A stretch of DNA of 64,000 bases, taken from contig CAXHJY010000898.1 of assembly GCA_964016885.1 (NCBI GenBank), positions 473,189 through 537,188 on the forward strand, given 5' to 3'. Shown piece by piece: positions 37,601 to 51,300 of the stretch. Origin of the DNA: Eledone cirrhosa (taxonomy: Eukaryota). The stretch's first letter is position 1. Each line of letters begins with the position of its first letter. The position numbers were made by a program, and so were the translations under genes. The notes under the pieces are model-generated. The model had not been told where the DNA came from. It worked only from the letters and a program-made list of their open reading frames with translations, and did not search any database.

Positions 37601-40600
37601 GGATAGCTTAGGATAGCTTAGCTTAGGATAGCTTAGCTTAGGATAGCTTAGCTTAGGATAGCTTAGGATAGCTTAGCTTAGCTTAGGATAGCTTAGCTTA
37701 GCTTAGCTTAGGATAGCTTAGCTTAGGTTAGCTTAGCTTAGCTTAGCTTAGCTTAGGATAGCTTAGCTTAGGATAGCTTAGGATAGCTTAGCTTAGGATA
37801 GCTTAGGATAGCTTAGCTTAGGATAGCTTAGCTTAGGATAGCTTAGGATAGCTTAGCTTAGGATAGCTTAGGATAGCTTAGCTTAGGATAGCTTAGCTTA
37901 GGATAGCTTAGGATAGCTTAGCTTAGCTTAGCTTAGGATAGCTTAGATTAGCTTAGCTTAGGATAGCTTAGCTTAGCTTAGCTTAGGATAGCTTAGCTTA
38001 GCTTAGCTTAGGATAGCTTAGGATAGCTTAGCTTAGGATAGCTTAGGATAGCTTAGCTTAGGATAGCTTAGGATAGCTTAGGATATCTTAGCTTAGCTTA
38101 GCTTAGGATAGCTTAGCTTAGCTTAGCTTAGGATAGCTTACCTTAGCTTAGCTTAGGATAGCTTAGCTTAGCTTAGGATAGCTTAGCTTAGCTTAGCTTA
38201 GGATAGCTTAGCTTAGCTTAGCTTAGGACAGCTTAGCTTAGCTTAGCTTAGGATAGCTTAGCTTAGCTTAGGATAGCTTAGCTTAGCTTAGCTTAGGATA
38301 GCTTAGCTTAGCTTAGCTTAGGATAGCTTAGCTTAGGATAGCTTAGCTTAGGATAGCTTAGCTTAGGTTAGCTTAGCTTAGCTTAGCTTAGGATAGCTTA
38401 GCTTAGCTTAGCTTAGGATAGCTTAGGATAGCTTAGCTTAGGATAGCTTAGGATAGCTTAGCTTAGGATAGCTTAGCTTAGGATAGCTTAGCTTAGGATA
38501 GCTTAGGATAGCTTAGCTTAGGATAGCTTAGGATAGCTTAGCTTAGGTAGCTTAGCTTAGGATAGCTTAGGATAGCTTAGCTTAGCTTAGCTTAGGATAG
38601 CTTAGCTTAGCTTAGGATAGCTTAGCTTAGCTTAGCTTAGCTTAGGATAGCTTAGCTTAGCTTAGGATAGCTTAGGATAGCTTAGCTTAGGATAGCTTAG
38701 GATAGCTTAGCTTAGGATAGCTTAGGATAGCTTAGCTTAGGATAGCTTAGGATAGCTTAGCTTAGGATAGCTTAGCTTAGGATAGCTTAGCTTAGCTTAG
38801 CTTAGGATAGCTTAGCTTAGGATAGCTTAGGATATCTTAGGTTAGGATAGCTTAGCTTAGGATAGCTTAGGATAGATTAGCTTAGCTTAGCTTAGGATAG
38901 CTTAGCTTAGCTTAGCTTAGGATAGCTTAGCTTAGCTTAGGATAGCTTAGCTTAGCTTAGCTTAGGATAGCTTAGCTTAGCTTAGCTTAGGATAGCTTAG
39001 CTTAGCTTAGGATAGCTTAGCTTAGCTTAGCTTAGGATAGCTTAGCTTAGCTTAGCTTAGGATAGCTTAGCTTAGGATAGCTTAGCTTAGGATAGCTTAG
39101 CTTAGGTTAGCTTAGCTTAGCTTAGCTTAGGATAGCTTAGGATAGCTTAGCTTAGGATAACTTAGCTTAGCTTAGCTTAGGATAGCTTAGCTTAGCTTAG
39201 CTTAGGATAGCTTAGCTTAGCTTAGCTTAGGATAGCTTAGCTTAGGATAGCTTAGGATTGCTTAGCTTAGCTTAGCTTAGGATAGCTTAGCTTAGCTTAG
39301 CTTAGGATAGCTTAGCTTAGCTTAGGATAGCTTAGCTTAGCTTAGCTTAGGATAGCTTAGCTTAGCTTAGCTTAGGATAGCTTAGCTTAGCTTAGCTTAG
39401 GATAGCTTAGGATAGCTTAGGATAGCTTAGCTTAGCTTAGCTTAGGATAGCTTAGCTTAGCTTAGGATAGCTTAGCTTAGCTTAGCTTAGGATAGCTTAG
39501 CTTAGCTTAGGATAGCTTAGCTTAGCTTAGCTTAGGATAGCTTAGCTTAGCTTAGCTTAGGATAGCTTAGCTTAGCTTAGCTTAGGATAGCTTAGCTTAG
39601 CTTAGCTTAGGATAGCTTAGCTTAGCTTAGCTTAGGATAGATTAGCTTAGCTTAGGATAGCTTAGCTTAGCTTAGCTTAGGAAAGCTTAGCTTAGCTTAG
39701 GATAGCTTAGCTTAGCTTAGCTTAGGAGAGCTTAGCTTAGCTTAGCTTAGGATAGCTTAGCTTAGCTTAGGATAGCTTAGCTTAGCTTAGGTAGCTTAGC
39801 TTAGCTTAGCTTAGGATAGCTTAGCTTAGCTTAGCTTAGCTTAGGATAGCTTAGCTTAGCTTAGCTTAGGAGAGCTTAGCTTAGCTTAGCTTAGGATAGC
39901 TTAGGATAGCTTAGCTTAGGATAGCTTAGGATAGCTTACCTTAGGAGAGCTTAGCTTAGGATAGCTTAGCTTAGGATAGCTTAGGATAGCTTAGCTTAGG
40001 ATAGCTTAGCTTAGGATAGCTTAGCTTAGGATAGCTTAGGATAGCTTAGCTTAGCTTAGCTTAGGATAGCTTAGCTTAGCTTAGCTTAGGATAGCTTAGC
40101 TTAGGTTAGCTTAGCTTAGCTTAGCTTAGCTTAGGATAGCTTAGCTTAGGATAGCTTAGGATAGCTTAGGATAGCTTAGCTTAGGATAGCTTAGCTTAGG
40201 ATAGCTTAGGATAGCTTAGCTTAGGATAGCTTAGGATAGCTTAGCTTAGGATAGCTTAGCTTAGGATAGCTTAGGATATCTTAGCTTAGCTTAGCTTAGG
40301 ATAGCTTAGCTTAGCTTAGCTTAGGATAGCTTAGCTTAGCTTAGGATTGCTTAGCTTAGCTTAGCTTAGGATAGCTTAGGATAGCTTAGCTTAGGATAGC
40401 TTAGCTTAGGATAGCTTAGGATAGCTTAGGATAGCTTAGCTTAGCTTAGCTTAGGATAGCTTAGCTTAGCTTAGCTTAGGATAGCTTAGCTTAGCTTAGC
40501 TTAGGATAGCTTAGCTTAGCTTAGGATAGCTTAGCTTAGCTTAGCTTAGGATAGCTTAGCTTAGCTTAGCTTAGGACAGCTTAGCTTAGCTTAGCTTAGG

Positions 40601-42519
40601 ATAGCTTAGCTTAGCTTAGGATAGCTTAGCTTAGCTTAGCTTAGGATAGCTTAGCTTAGGATAGCTTAGCTTAGGATAGCTTAGCTTGGGTTAGCTTAGC
40701 TTAGCTTAGCTTAGGATAGCTTAGGATAGCTTAGCTTAGGATAGCTTAGCTTAGCTTAGCTTAGGATAGCTTAGCTTAGCTTAGCTTAGGATAGCTTAGC
40801 TTAGCTTAGCTTAGGATAGCTTAGCTTAGCTTAGCTTAGGATAGCTTAGCTTAGGATAGCTTAGGATAGCTTAGCTTAGCTTAGCTTAGGATAGCTTAGC
40901 TTAGCTTAGCTTAGGATAGCTTAGCTTAGCTTAGGATAGCTTAGCTTAGCTTAGCTTAGGATAGCTTAGCTTAGCTTAGCTTAGGATAGCTTAGCTTAGC
41001 TTAGCTTAGGATAGCTTAGGATAGCTTAGGATAGCTTAGCTTAGCTTAGCTTAGGATAGCTTAGCTTAGCTTAGCTTAGGATAGCTTAGCTTAGCTTAGC
41101 TTAGGATAGCTTAGCTTAGCTTAGGATAGCTTAGCTTAGCTTAGGATAGCTTAGCTTAGCTTAGCTTAGGATAGCTTAGCTTAGCTTAGCTTAGGATAGC
41201 TTAGCTTAGCTTAGGATAGCTTAGCTTAGCTTAGGATAGCTTAGCTTAGCTTAGCTTAGGATAGCTTAGCTTAGCTTAGCTTAGGATAGCTTAGCTTAGC
41301 TTAGCTTAGGATAGATTAGCTTAGCTTAGGATAGCTTAGCTTAGCTTAGCTTAGGAAAGCTTAGCTTAGCTTAGGATAGCTTAGCTTAGCTTAGCTTAGG
41401 ATAGCTTAGGATAGCTTAGCTTAGGATAGCTTAGGATAGCTTAGCTTAGGATAGCTTAGGATAGCTTAGGTTAGGGTAGCTTAGCTTAGGATAGCTTAGG
41501 AGAGCTTAGCTTAGGATAGCTTAGGATAGCTTAGCTTAGGATAGCTTAGGATAGCTTAGCTTAGGATAGCTTAGCTTAGGATAGCTTAGGAAAGCTTAGC
41601 TTAGCTTAGCTTAGGATAGCTTAGCTTAGCTTAGCTTAGGATAGCTTAGCTTAGCTTAGCTTAGGATAGCTTAGGATAGCTTAGCTTAGGATAGCTTAGG
41701 ATAGCTTAGCTTAGGATAGCTTAGCTTAGGATAGCTTAGCTTAGGATAGCTTAGGATAGCTTAGCTTAGGATAGCTTAGGATAGCTTAGCTTAGGATAGC
41801 TTAGCTTAGGATAGCTTAGGATAGCTTAGCTTAGCTTAGCTTAGGATAGCTTAGCTTAGCTTAGCTTAGGATAGCTTAGCTTAGCTTAGCTTAGCTTAGC
41901 TTAGCTTAGGATAGCTTAGGATAGCTTAGCTTAGGATAGCTTAGGATAGCTTAGCTTAGGATAGCTTAGCTTAGGATAGCTTAGCTTAGCTTAGCTTAGG
42001 ATAGCTTAGCTTAGGATAGCTTAGGATAGCTTAGCTTAGGATAGCTTAGCTTAGGATAGCTTAGGATAGCTTAGCTTAGCTTAGCTTAGGATAGCTTAGC
42101 TTAGCTTAGCTTAGGATAGCTTAGCTTAGCTTAGGATAGCTTAGCTTAGCTTAGCTTAGGATAGCTTAGCTTAGCTTAGCTTAGGATAGCTTAGCTTAGG
42201 ATAGCTTAGGATAGCTTAGCTTAGCTTAGCTTAGGATAGCTTAGCTTAGCTTAGCTTAGGATAGCTTAGCTTAGCTTAGGATAGCTTAGCTTAGCTTAGC
42301 TTAGGATAGCTTAGCCTAGCTTAGCTTAGGATAGCTTAGCTTAGCTTAGCTTAGGATAGCTTAGCTTAGGATAGCTTAGGATAGCTTAGCTTAGCTTAGC
42401 TTAGGATAGCTTAGCTTAGCTTAGGATAGCTTAGCTTAGCTTAGGATAGCTTAGCTTAGCTTAGCTTAGGATAGCTTAGCTTAGCTTAGCTTAGGATAGC
42501 TTAGCTTAGGTTAGCTTAG

Positions 42520-45500
42520 GATAGCTTAGGATAGCTTAGGATAGCTTAGCTTAGCTTAGCTTAGCTTAGGATAGCTTAACTTAGCTTAGGATAGCTTAGC
42601 TTAGCTTAGCTTAGGATAGCTTAGCTTAGCTTAGCTTAGGATAGCTTAGCTTAGCTTAGCTTAGGATAGCTTAGCTTAGCTTAGCTTAGGATAGCTTAGC
42701 TTAGCTTAGGATAGCTTAGCTTAGCTTAGCTTAGAATAGCTTAGCTTAGGATAGCTTAGCTTAGGATAGCTTAGGATAGCTTAGCTTAGGATAGCTTAGG
42801 ATAGCTTAGCTTAGGATAGCTTAGCTTAGCTTAGCTTAGGATAGCTTAGCTTAGCTTAGGATAGCTTAGCTTAGCTTAGCTTAGGATAGCTTAGCTTAGG
42901 ATAGCTTAGGAAGCTTAGCTTAGCTTAGCTTAGCTTAGCTTAGCTTAGCTTAGCTTAGGATAGCTTAGCTTAGCTTAGGATAGTTTAGCTTAGCTTAGCT
43001 TAGGATAGCTTAGCTTAGCTTAGCTTAGGATAGCTTAGCTTAGCTTAGCTTAGGATAGCTTAGCTTAGCTTAGGATAGCTTAGCTTAGCTTAGCTTAGGA
43101 TAGCTTAGCTTAGCTTAGGATAGCTTAGCTTAGCTTAGCTTAGGATAGCTTAGCTTAGCTTAGCTTAGGATAGCTTAGCTTAGGATAGCTTAGCTTAGCT
43201 TAGGATAGCTTAGCTTAGCTTAGCTTAGGATAGCTTAGCTTAGCTTAGCTTAGGATAGCTTAGCTTAGCTTAGCTTAGTATAGCTTAGCTTAGCTTAGCT
43301 TAGGATAGCTTAGCTTAGCTTAGATTAGGATAGCTTAGCTTAGCTTAGCTTAGGATAGCTTAGCTTAGCTTAGCTTAGGATAGCTTAGCTTAGCTTAGCT
43401 TAGGATAGCTTAGCTTAGCTTGGCTTAGGATAGCTTAGCTTAGCTTGGCTTAGGATAGCTTAGCTTAGCTTAGCTTAGGATAGCTTAGCTTAGCTTAGCT
43501 GAGCTTAGCTTAGCTTAGGATAGCTTAGCTTAGCTTAGCTTAGCTTAGGATAGCTTAGCTTAGCTTAGCTTAGCTTAGGATAGCTTAGCTTAGCTTAGCT
43601 TAGCTTAGCTTAGGATAGCTTAGCTTAGCTTAGCTTAGGATAGCTTAGCTTAGTTTAGGATAGCTTAGCTTAGCTTAGCTTAGGATAGCTTAGGATAGCT
43701 TAGCTTAGGATAGCTTAGGATAGCTTAGCTTAGGATAGCTTAGGATAGCTTAGGTTAGGATAGCTTAGCTTAGGATAGCTTAGGATAGCTTAGCTTAGGA
43801 TAGCTTAGGATAGCTTAGCTTAGGATAGCTTAGGATAGCTTAGCTTAGAATAGCTTAGCTTAGGATAGCTTAGGAAAGCTTAGCTTAGCTTAGCTTAGGA
43901 TAGCTTAGCTTAGCTTAGCTTAGGATAGCTTAGCTTAGCTTAGCTTAGGATAGCTTAGGATAGCTTAGCTTAGGATAGCTTAGGATAGCTTAGCTTTGGA
44001 TAGCTTAGCTTAGGAGAGCTTAGCTTAGGATAGCTTAGGATAGCTTAGCTTAGGATAGCTTAGGATAGCTTAGCTTAGGATAGCTTAGCTTAGGATAGCT
44101 TAGGATAGCTTAGCTTAGCTTAGCTTAGGATAGCTTAGCTTAGCTTAGCTTAGCTTAGGATAGCTTAGCTTAGCTTAGCTTAGCTTAGGATAGCTTAGCT
44201 TAGCTTAGGATAGCTTAGGATAGCTTAGCTTAGGATAGCTTAGGATAGCTTAGCTTAGGATAGCTTAGGATAGCTTAGCTTAGGATAGCTTAGGATAGCT
44301 TAGCTTAGGATAGCTTAGCTTAGGATAGCTTAGCTTAGCTTAGCTTAGGATAGCTTAGCTTAGGATAGCTTAGGATAGCTTAGCTTAGGATAGCTTAGCT
44401 TAGGATAGCTTAGGATAGCTTAGCTTAGCTTAGCTTAGGATAGCTTAGCTTAGCTTAGCTTAGGATAGCTTAGCTTAGCTTAGGATAGCTTAGCTTAGCT
44501 TAGCTTAGGATAGCTTAGCTTAGCTTAGCTTAGGATAGCTTAGCTTAGCTTAGCTTAGGATAGCTTAGCTTAGCTTAGGATAGCTCAGCTTAGCTTAGCT
44601 TAGGAAAGCTTAGCTTAGCTTAGCTTAGGATAGCTTAGCTTAGGATAGCTTAGCTTAGGATAGCTTAGCTTAGGTTAGCTTAGCTTAGCTTAGCTTAGGA
44701 TAGCTTAGGATAGCTTAGCTTAGGATAGCTTAGCTTAGCTTAGCTTAGGATAGCTTAGCTTAGCTTAGCTTAGGATAGCTTAGCTTAGCTTAGCTTAGGA
44801 TAGCTTAGCTTAGGATAGCTTAGGATAGCTTAGCTTAGCTTAGCTTAGGATAGTTTAGCTTAGCTTAGCTTAGGATAGCTTAGCTTAGCTTAGCTTAGGA
44901 TAGCTTAGCTTAGCTTAGCTTAGGATAGCTTAGCTTAGGTTAGCTTAGGATAGCTTAGGATAGCTTAGCTTAGGATAGCTTAGGATAGCTTAGCTTAGGA
45001 TAGCTTAGCTTAGGATAGCTTAGCTTAGGATAGCTTAGGATAGCTTAGGATAGCTTAGCTTAGCTTAGCTTAGCTTAGGATAGCTTAACTTAGCTTAGGA
45101 TAGCTTAGCTTAGCTTAGCTTAGGATAGCTTAGCTTAGCTTAGCTTAGGATAGCTTAGCTTAGCTTAGCTTAGGATAGCTTAGCTTAGCTTAGCTTAGGA
45201 TAGCTTAGCTTAGCTTAGCTTAGGATAGCTTAGCTTAGCTTAGCTTAGAATAGCTTAGCTTATGATAGCTTAGCTTAGGATAGCTTAGGATAGCTTAGCT
45301 TAGGATAGCTTAGGATAGCTTAGCTTAGGATAGCTTAGCTTAGCTTAGCTTAGGATAGCTTAGCTTAGCTTAGGATAGCTTAGCTTAGCTTAGCTTAGGA
45401 TAGCTTAGCTTAGGATAGCTTAGGAAAGCTTAGCTTAGCTTAGCTTAGCTTAGCTTAGCTTAGGATAGCTTAGCTTAGCTTAGGATAGTTTAGCTTAGCT

Positions 45501-47520
45501 TAGCTTAGGATAGCTTAGCTTAGCTTAGCTTAGGATAGCTTAGCTTAGCTTAGCTTAGGATAGCTTAGCTTAGCTTAGGATAGCTTAGCTTAGCTTAGCT
45601 TAGGATAGCTTAGCTTAGCTTAGGATAGCTTAGCTTAGCTTAGCTTAGGATAGCTTAGCTTAGCTTAGCTTAGGATAGCTTAGCTTAGGATAGCTTAGCT
45701 TAGCTTAGGATAGCTTAGCTTAGCTTAGCTTAGGATAGCTTAGCTTAGCTTAGCTTAGGATAGCTTAGCTTAGCTTAGCTTAGTATAGCTTAGCTTAGCT
45801 TAGCTTAGTATAGCTTAGCTTAGCTTAGCTTAGGATAGCTTAGCTTAGCTTAGCTTAGGATAGCTTAGCTTAGCTTAGCTTAGGATAGCTTAGCTTAGCT
45901 TAGCTTAGGATAGCTTAGCTTAGCTTGGCTTAGGATAGCTTAGCTTAGCTTGGCTTAGGATAGCTTAGCTTAGCTTAGCTTAGGATAGCTTAGCTTAGCT
46001 TAGCTTAGCTTAGCTTAGCTTAGGATAGCTTAGCTTAGCTTAGCTTAGCTTAGGATAGCTTAGCTTAGCTTAGCTTAGCTTAGGATAGCTTAGCTTAGCT
46101 TAGCTTAGCTTAGCTTAGGATAGCTTAGCTTAGCTTAGCTTAGGATAGCTTAGCTTAGTTTAGGATAGCTTAGCTTAGCTTAGCTTAGGATAGCTTAGGA
46201 TAGCTTAGCTTAGGATAGCTTAGGATAGCTTAGCTTAGGATAGCTTAGGATAGCTTAGGTTAGGATAGCTTAGCTTAGGATAGCTTAGGATAGCTTAGCT
46301 TAGGATAGCTTAGGATAGCTTAGCTTAGGATAGCTTAGGATAGCTTAGCTTAGAATAGCTTAGCTTAGGATAGCTTAGGAAAGCTTAGCTTAGCTTAGCT
46401 TAGGATAGCTTAGCTTAGCTTAGCTTAGGATAGCTTAGCTTAGCTTAGCTTAGGATAGCTTAGGATAGCTTAGCTTAGGATAGCTTAGGATAGCTTAGCT
46501 TTGGATAGCTTAGCTTAGGAGAGCTTAGCTTAGGATAGCTTAGGATAGCTTAGCTTAGGATAGCTTAGGATAGCTTAGCTTAGGATAGCTTAGCTTAGGA
46601 TAGCTTAGGATAGCTTAGCTTAGCTTAGCTTAGGATAGCTTAGCTTAGCTTAGCTTAGGATAGCTTAGCTTAGCTTAGCTTAGCTTAGGATAGCTTAGCT
46701 TAGCTTAGCTTAGGATAGCTTAGGATAGCTTAGCTTAGGATAGCTTAGGATAGCTTAGCTTAGGATAGCTTAGGATAGCTTAGCTTAGGATAGCTTAGGA
46801 TAGCTTAGCTTAGGATAGCTTAGCTTAGGATAGCTTAGCTTAGCTTAGGATAGCTTAGCTTAGGATAGCTTAGGATAGCTTAGCTTAGGATAGCTTAGCT
46901 TAGGATAGCTTAGGATAGCTTAGCTTAGCTTAGCTTAGGATAGCTTAGCTTAGCTTAGCTTAGGATAGCTTAGCTTAGCTTAGGATAGCTTAGCTTAGCT
47001 TAGCTTAGGATAGCTTAGCTTAGCTTAGCTTAGGATAGCTTAGCTTAGCTTAGCTTAGGATAGCTTAGCTTAGCTTAGGATAGCTCAGCTTAGCTTAGCT
47101 TAGGAAAGCTTAGCTTAGCTTAGCTTAGGATAGCTTAGCTTAGGATAGCTTAGCTTAGGATAGCTTAGCTTAGGTTAGCTTAGCTTAGCTTAGCTTAGGA
47201 TAGCTTAGGATAGCTTAGCTTAGGATAGCTTAGCTTAGCTTAGCTTAGGATAGCTTAGCTTAGCTTAGCTTAGGATAGCTTAGCTTAGCTTAGCTTAGGA
47301 TAGCTTAGCTTAGGATAGCTTAGGATAGCTTAGCTTAGCTTAGCTTAGGATAGTTTAGCTTAGCTTAGCTTAGGATAGCTTAGCTTAGCTTAGCTTAGGA
47401 TAGCTTAGCTTAGCTTAGCTTAGGATAGCTTAGCTTAGGTTAGCTTAGGATAGCTTAGGATAGCTTAGCTTAGGATAGCTTAGGATAGCTTAGCTTAGGA
47501 TAGCTTAGCTTAGGATAGCT
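42520..47520 (+). repeat. Tandem duplication with ~2.5-kb unit (copy B counterpart of 17620-22610)
   Basis: TTAAC 42576/45085, TTGGC 43420/45925, TTTGG 43995/46500 and TCAGC 44585/47085; offsets 2500-2509. Confidence 0.88.
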
Positions 47521-48399
47521 TAGCTTAGGTTAGCTTAGCTTAGCTTAGCTTAGGATAGCTTAGGATAGCTTAGCTTAGGATAGCTTAGCTTAGCTTAGCT
47601 TAGGATAGCTTAGCTTAGGATAGCTTAGGATAGCTTAGCTTAGGATAGCTTAGCTTAGGATAGCTTAGCTTAGGATAGCTTAGGATAGCTTAGCTTAGCT
47701 TAGCTTAGGATAGCTTAGCTTAGCTTAGCTTAGGATAGCTTAGCTTAGGTTAGCTTAGCTTAGCTTAGCTTAGGATAGCTTAGCTTAGGATAGCTTAGGA
47801 TAGCTTAGCTTAGGATAGCTTAGCTTAGGATAGCTTAGGATAGCTTAGCTTAGGATAGCTTAGAATAGCTTAGCTTAGGATAGCTTAGCTTAGGATAGCT
47901 TAGGATAGCTTAGCTTAGCTTAGCTTAGGATAGCTTAGCTTAGCTTAGCTTAGGATAGCTTAGCTTAGCTTAGCTTAGGATAGCTTAGCTTAGCTTAGCT
48001 TAGGATAGCTTAGGATAGCTTAGCTTAGGATAGCTTAGGATAGCTTAGGATAGCTTAGCTTAGCTTAGCTTAGGATAGCTTAGCTTAGCTTAGCTTAGGA
48101 TAGCTTAGCTTAGCTTAGCTTAGGATAGCTTAGCTTAGCTTAGGATAGCTTAGCTTAGCTTAGCTTAGGATAGCTTAGCTTAGCTTAGCTTAGGATAGCT
48201 TAGCTTAGCTTAGGATAGCTTAGCTTAGGATAGCTTAGCTTAGCTTAGCTTAGGATAGCTTAGCTTAGCTTAGCTTAGGATAGCTTAGCTTAGCTTAGCT
48301 TAGGATAGCTTAGCTTAGCTTAGCTTAGGATAGCTTAGCTTAGCTTAGCTTAGGATAGCTTAGCTTAGCTTAGCTTAGGATAGCTTAGGATAGCTTAGC

Positions 48400-51300
48400 T
48401 TAGGATAGCTTAGGATAGCTTAGCTTAGGATAGCTTAGGATAGCTTAGCTTAGGATAGCTTAGGATAGCTTAGCTTAGGATAGCTTAGGATAGCTTAGCT
48501 TAGGATAGCTTAGGATAGCTTAGCTTAGGATAGCTTAGCTTAGGATAGCTTAGCTTAGGATAGCTTAGGATAGCTTAGCTTAGCTTAGCTTAGGATAGCT
48601 TAGCTTAGCTTAGCTTAGGATAGCTTAGCTTAGCTTAGCTTAGGATAGCTTAGCTTAGCTTAGCCTAGGATAGCTTAGGATAGCTTAGCTTAGGATAGCT
48701 TAGGATAGCTTAGCTTAGGTTAGCTTAGGATAGCTTAGCTTAGGATAGATTAGCTTAGGATAGCTTAGCTTAGGATAGCTTAGGATAGCTTAGCTTAGGA
48801 TAGCTTAGGATCGCTTAGCTTAGAATAGCTTAGCTTAGGATAGCTTAGGAAAGCTTAGCTTAGCTTAGCTTAGGATAGCTTAGCTTAGCTTAGCTTAGGA
48901 TAGCTTAGCTTAGCTTAGCTTAGGATAGCTTAGGATAGCTTAGCTTTGGATAGCTTAGCTTAGGAGAGCTTAGCTTAGGATAGCTTAGGATAGCTTAGCT
49001 TAGGATAGCTTAGGATAGCTTAGCTTAGGATAGCTTAGCTTAGGATAGCTTAGGATAGCTTAGCTTAGCTTAGCTTAGGATAGCTTAGCTTAGCTTAGCT
49101 TAGGATAGCTTAGCTTAGCTTAGCTTAGCTTAGGATAGCTTAGCTTAGCTTAGCTTAGGATAGCTTAGGATAGCTTAGCTTAGGATAGCTTAGGATAGCT
49201 TAGCTTAGGATAGCTTAGGATAGCTTAGCTTAGGATAGCTTAGGATAGCTTAGCTTAGGATAGCTTAGCTTAGGATAGCTTAGCTTAGCTTAGCTTAGGA
49301 TAGCTTAGCTTAGGATAGCTTAGGATAGCTTAGCTTAGGATAGCTTAGCTTAGGATAGCTTAGGATAGCTTAGCTTAGCTTAGCTTAGGATAGCTTAGCT
49401 TAGCTTAGCTTAGGATAGCTTAGCTTAGCTTAGGATAGCTTAGCTTAGCTTAGCTTAGGATAGCTTAGCTTAGCTTAGCTTAGGATAGCTTAGCTTAGCT
49501 TAGCTTAGGATAGCTTAGCTTAGCTTAGGATAGCTCAGCTTAGCTTAGCTTAGGATAGCTTAGCTTAGGTTAGCTTAGGATAGCTTAGGATGGCTTAGGA
49601 TAGCTTAGCTTAGCTTAGCTTAGGATAGCTTAGCTTAGCTTAGCTTAGGATAGCTTAGCTTAGCTTAGCTTAGGATAGCTTAGCTTAGCTTAGGATAGCT
49701 TAGCTTAGCTTAGCTTAGGATAGCTTAGCTTAGCTTAGGATAGCTTAGCTTAGCTTAGCTTAGGATAGCTTAGCTTTGCTTAGGATAGCTTAGCTTAGCT
49801 TAGCTTAGGATAGCTTAGCTTAGCTTAGCTTAGGATAGCTTAGCTTAGGATAGCTTAGCTTAGCTTTGCTTAGGATAGCTTAGCTTAGCTTAGCTTAGGA
49901 TAGCTTAGCTTAGCTTAGCTTAGGATAGCTTAGCTTAGCTTAGCTTAGGATAGCTTAGCTTAGCTTAGCTTAGGATAGCTTAGCTTAGGATAGCTTAGCT
50001 TAGCTTAGGATAGCTTAGCTTAGCTTAGCTTAGGATAGCTTAGCTTTGCTTAGGATAGCTTAGCTTAGCTTAGCTTAGGATAGCTTAGCTTAGCTTAGCT
50101 TAGGATAGCTTAGCTTAGCTTAGCTTAGGATAGATTAGCTTAGCTTAGGATAGCTTAGATTAGCTTAGCTTAGGAAAGCTTAGCTTAGCTTAGGATAGCT
50201 TAGCTTAGCTTAGCTTAGGAGAGCTTAGCTTAGCTTAGGATAGCTTAGCTTAGCTTAGCTTAGGATAGCTTAGCTTAGCTTAGGTAGCTTAGCTTAGCTT
50301 AGCTTAGGATAGCTTAGCTTAGCTTAGCTTAGCTTAGGATAGCTTAGCTTAGCTTAGCTTAGGATAGCTTAGCTTAGCTTAGCTTAGGATAGCTTAGGAT
50401 AGCTTAGCTTAGGATAGCTTAGGATAGCTTACCTTAGGAGAGCTTAGCTTAGGATAGCTTAGCTTAGGATAGCTTAGGATAGCTTAGCTTAGGATAGCTT
50501 AGGATAGCTTAGCTTAGGATAGCTTAGGATAGCTTAGCTTAGGATAGCTTAGCTTAGGATAGCTTAGCTTAGGATAGCTTAGGATAGCTTAGCTTAGGAT
50601 AGCTTAGGATAGCTTAGCTTAGGATAGCTTAGCTTAGGATAGCTTAGCTTAGGATAGCTTAGGATAGCTTAGCTTAGCTTAGCTTAGGATAGCTTAGCTT
50701 AGCTTAGCTTAGGATAGCTTAGCTTAGCTTAGCTTAGGATAGCTTAGCTTAGCTTAGCCTAGGATAGCTTAGGATAGCTTAGCTTAGGATAGCTTAGGAT
50801 AGCTTAGCTTAGGTTAGCTTAGGATAGCTTAGCTTAGGATAGATTAGCTTAGGATAGCTTAGCTTAGGATAGCTTAGGATAGCTTAGCTTAGGATAGCTT
50901 AGGATCGCTTAGCTTAGAATAGCTTAGCTTAGGATAGCTTAGGAAAGCTTAGCTTAGCTTAGCTTAGGATAGCTTAGCTTAGCTTAGCTTAGGATAGCTT
51001 AGCTTAGCTTAGCTTAGGATAGCTTAGGATAGCTTAGCTTAGGATAGCTTAGGATAGCTTAGCTTTGGATAGCTTAGCTTAGGAGAGCTTAGCTTAGGAT
51101 AGCTTAGGATAGCTTAGCTTAGGATAGCTTAGGATAGCTTAGCTTAGGATAGCTTAGCTTAGGATAGCTTAGGATAGCTTAGCTTAGCTTAGCTTAGGAT
51201 AGCTTAGCTTAGCTTAGCTTAGGATAGCTTAGCTTAGCTTAGCTTAGCTTAGGATAGCTTAGCTTAGCTTAGCTTAGGATAGCTTAGGATAGCTTAGCTT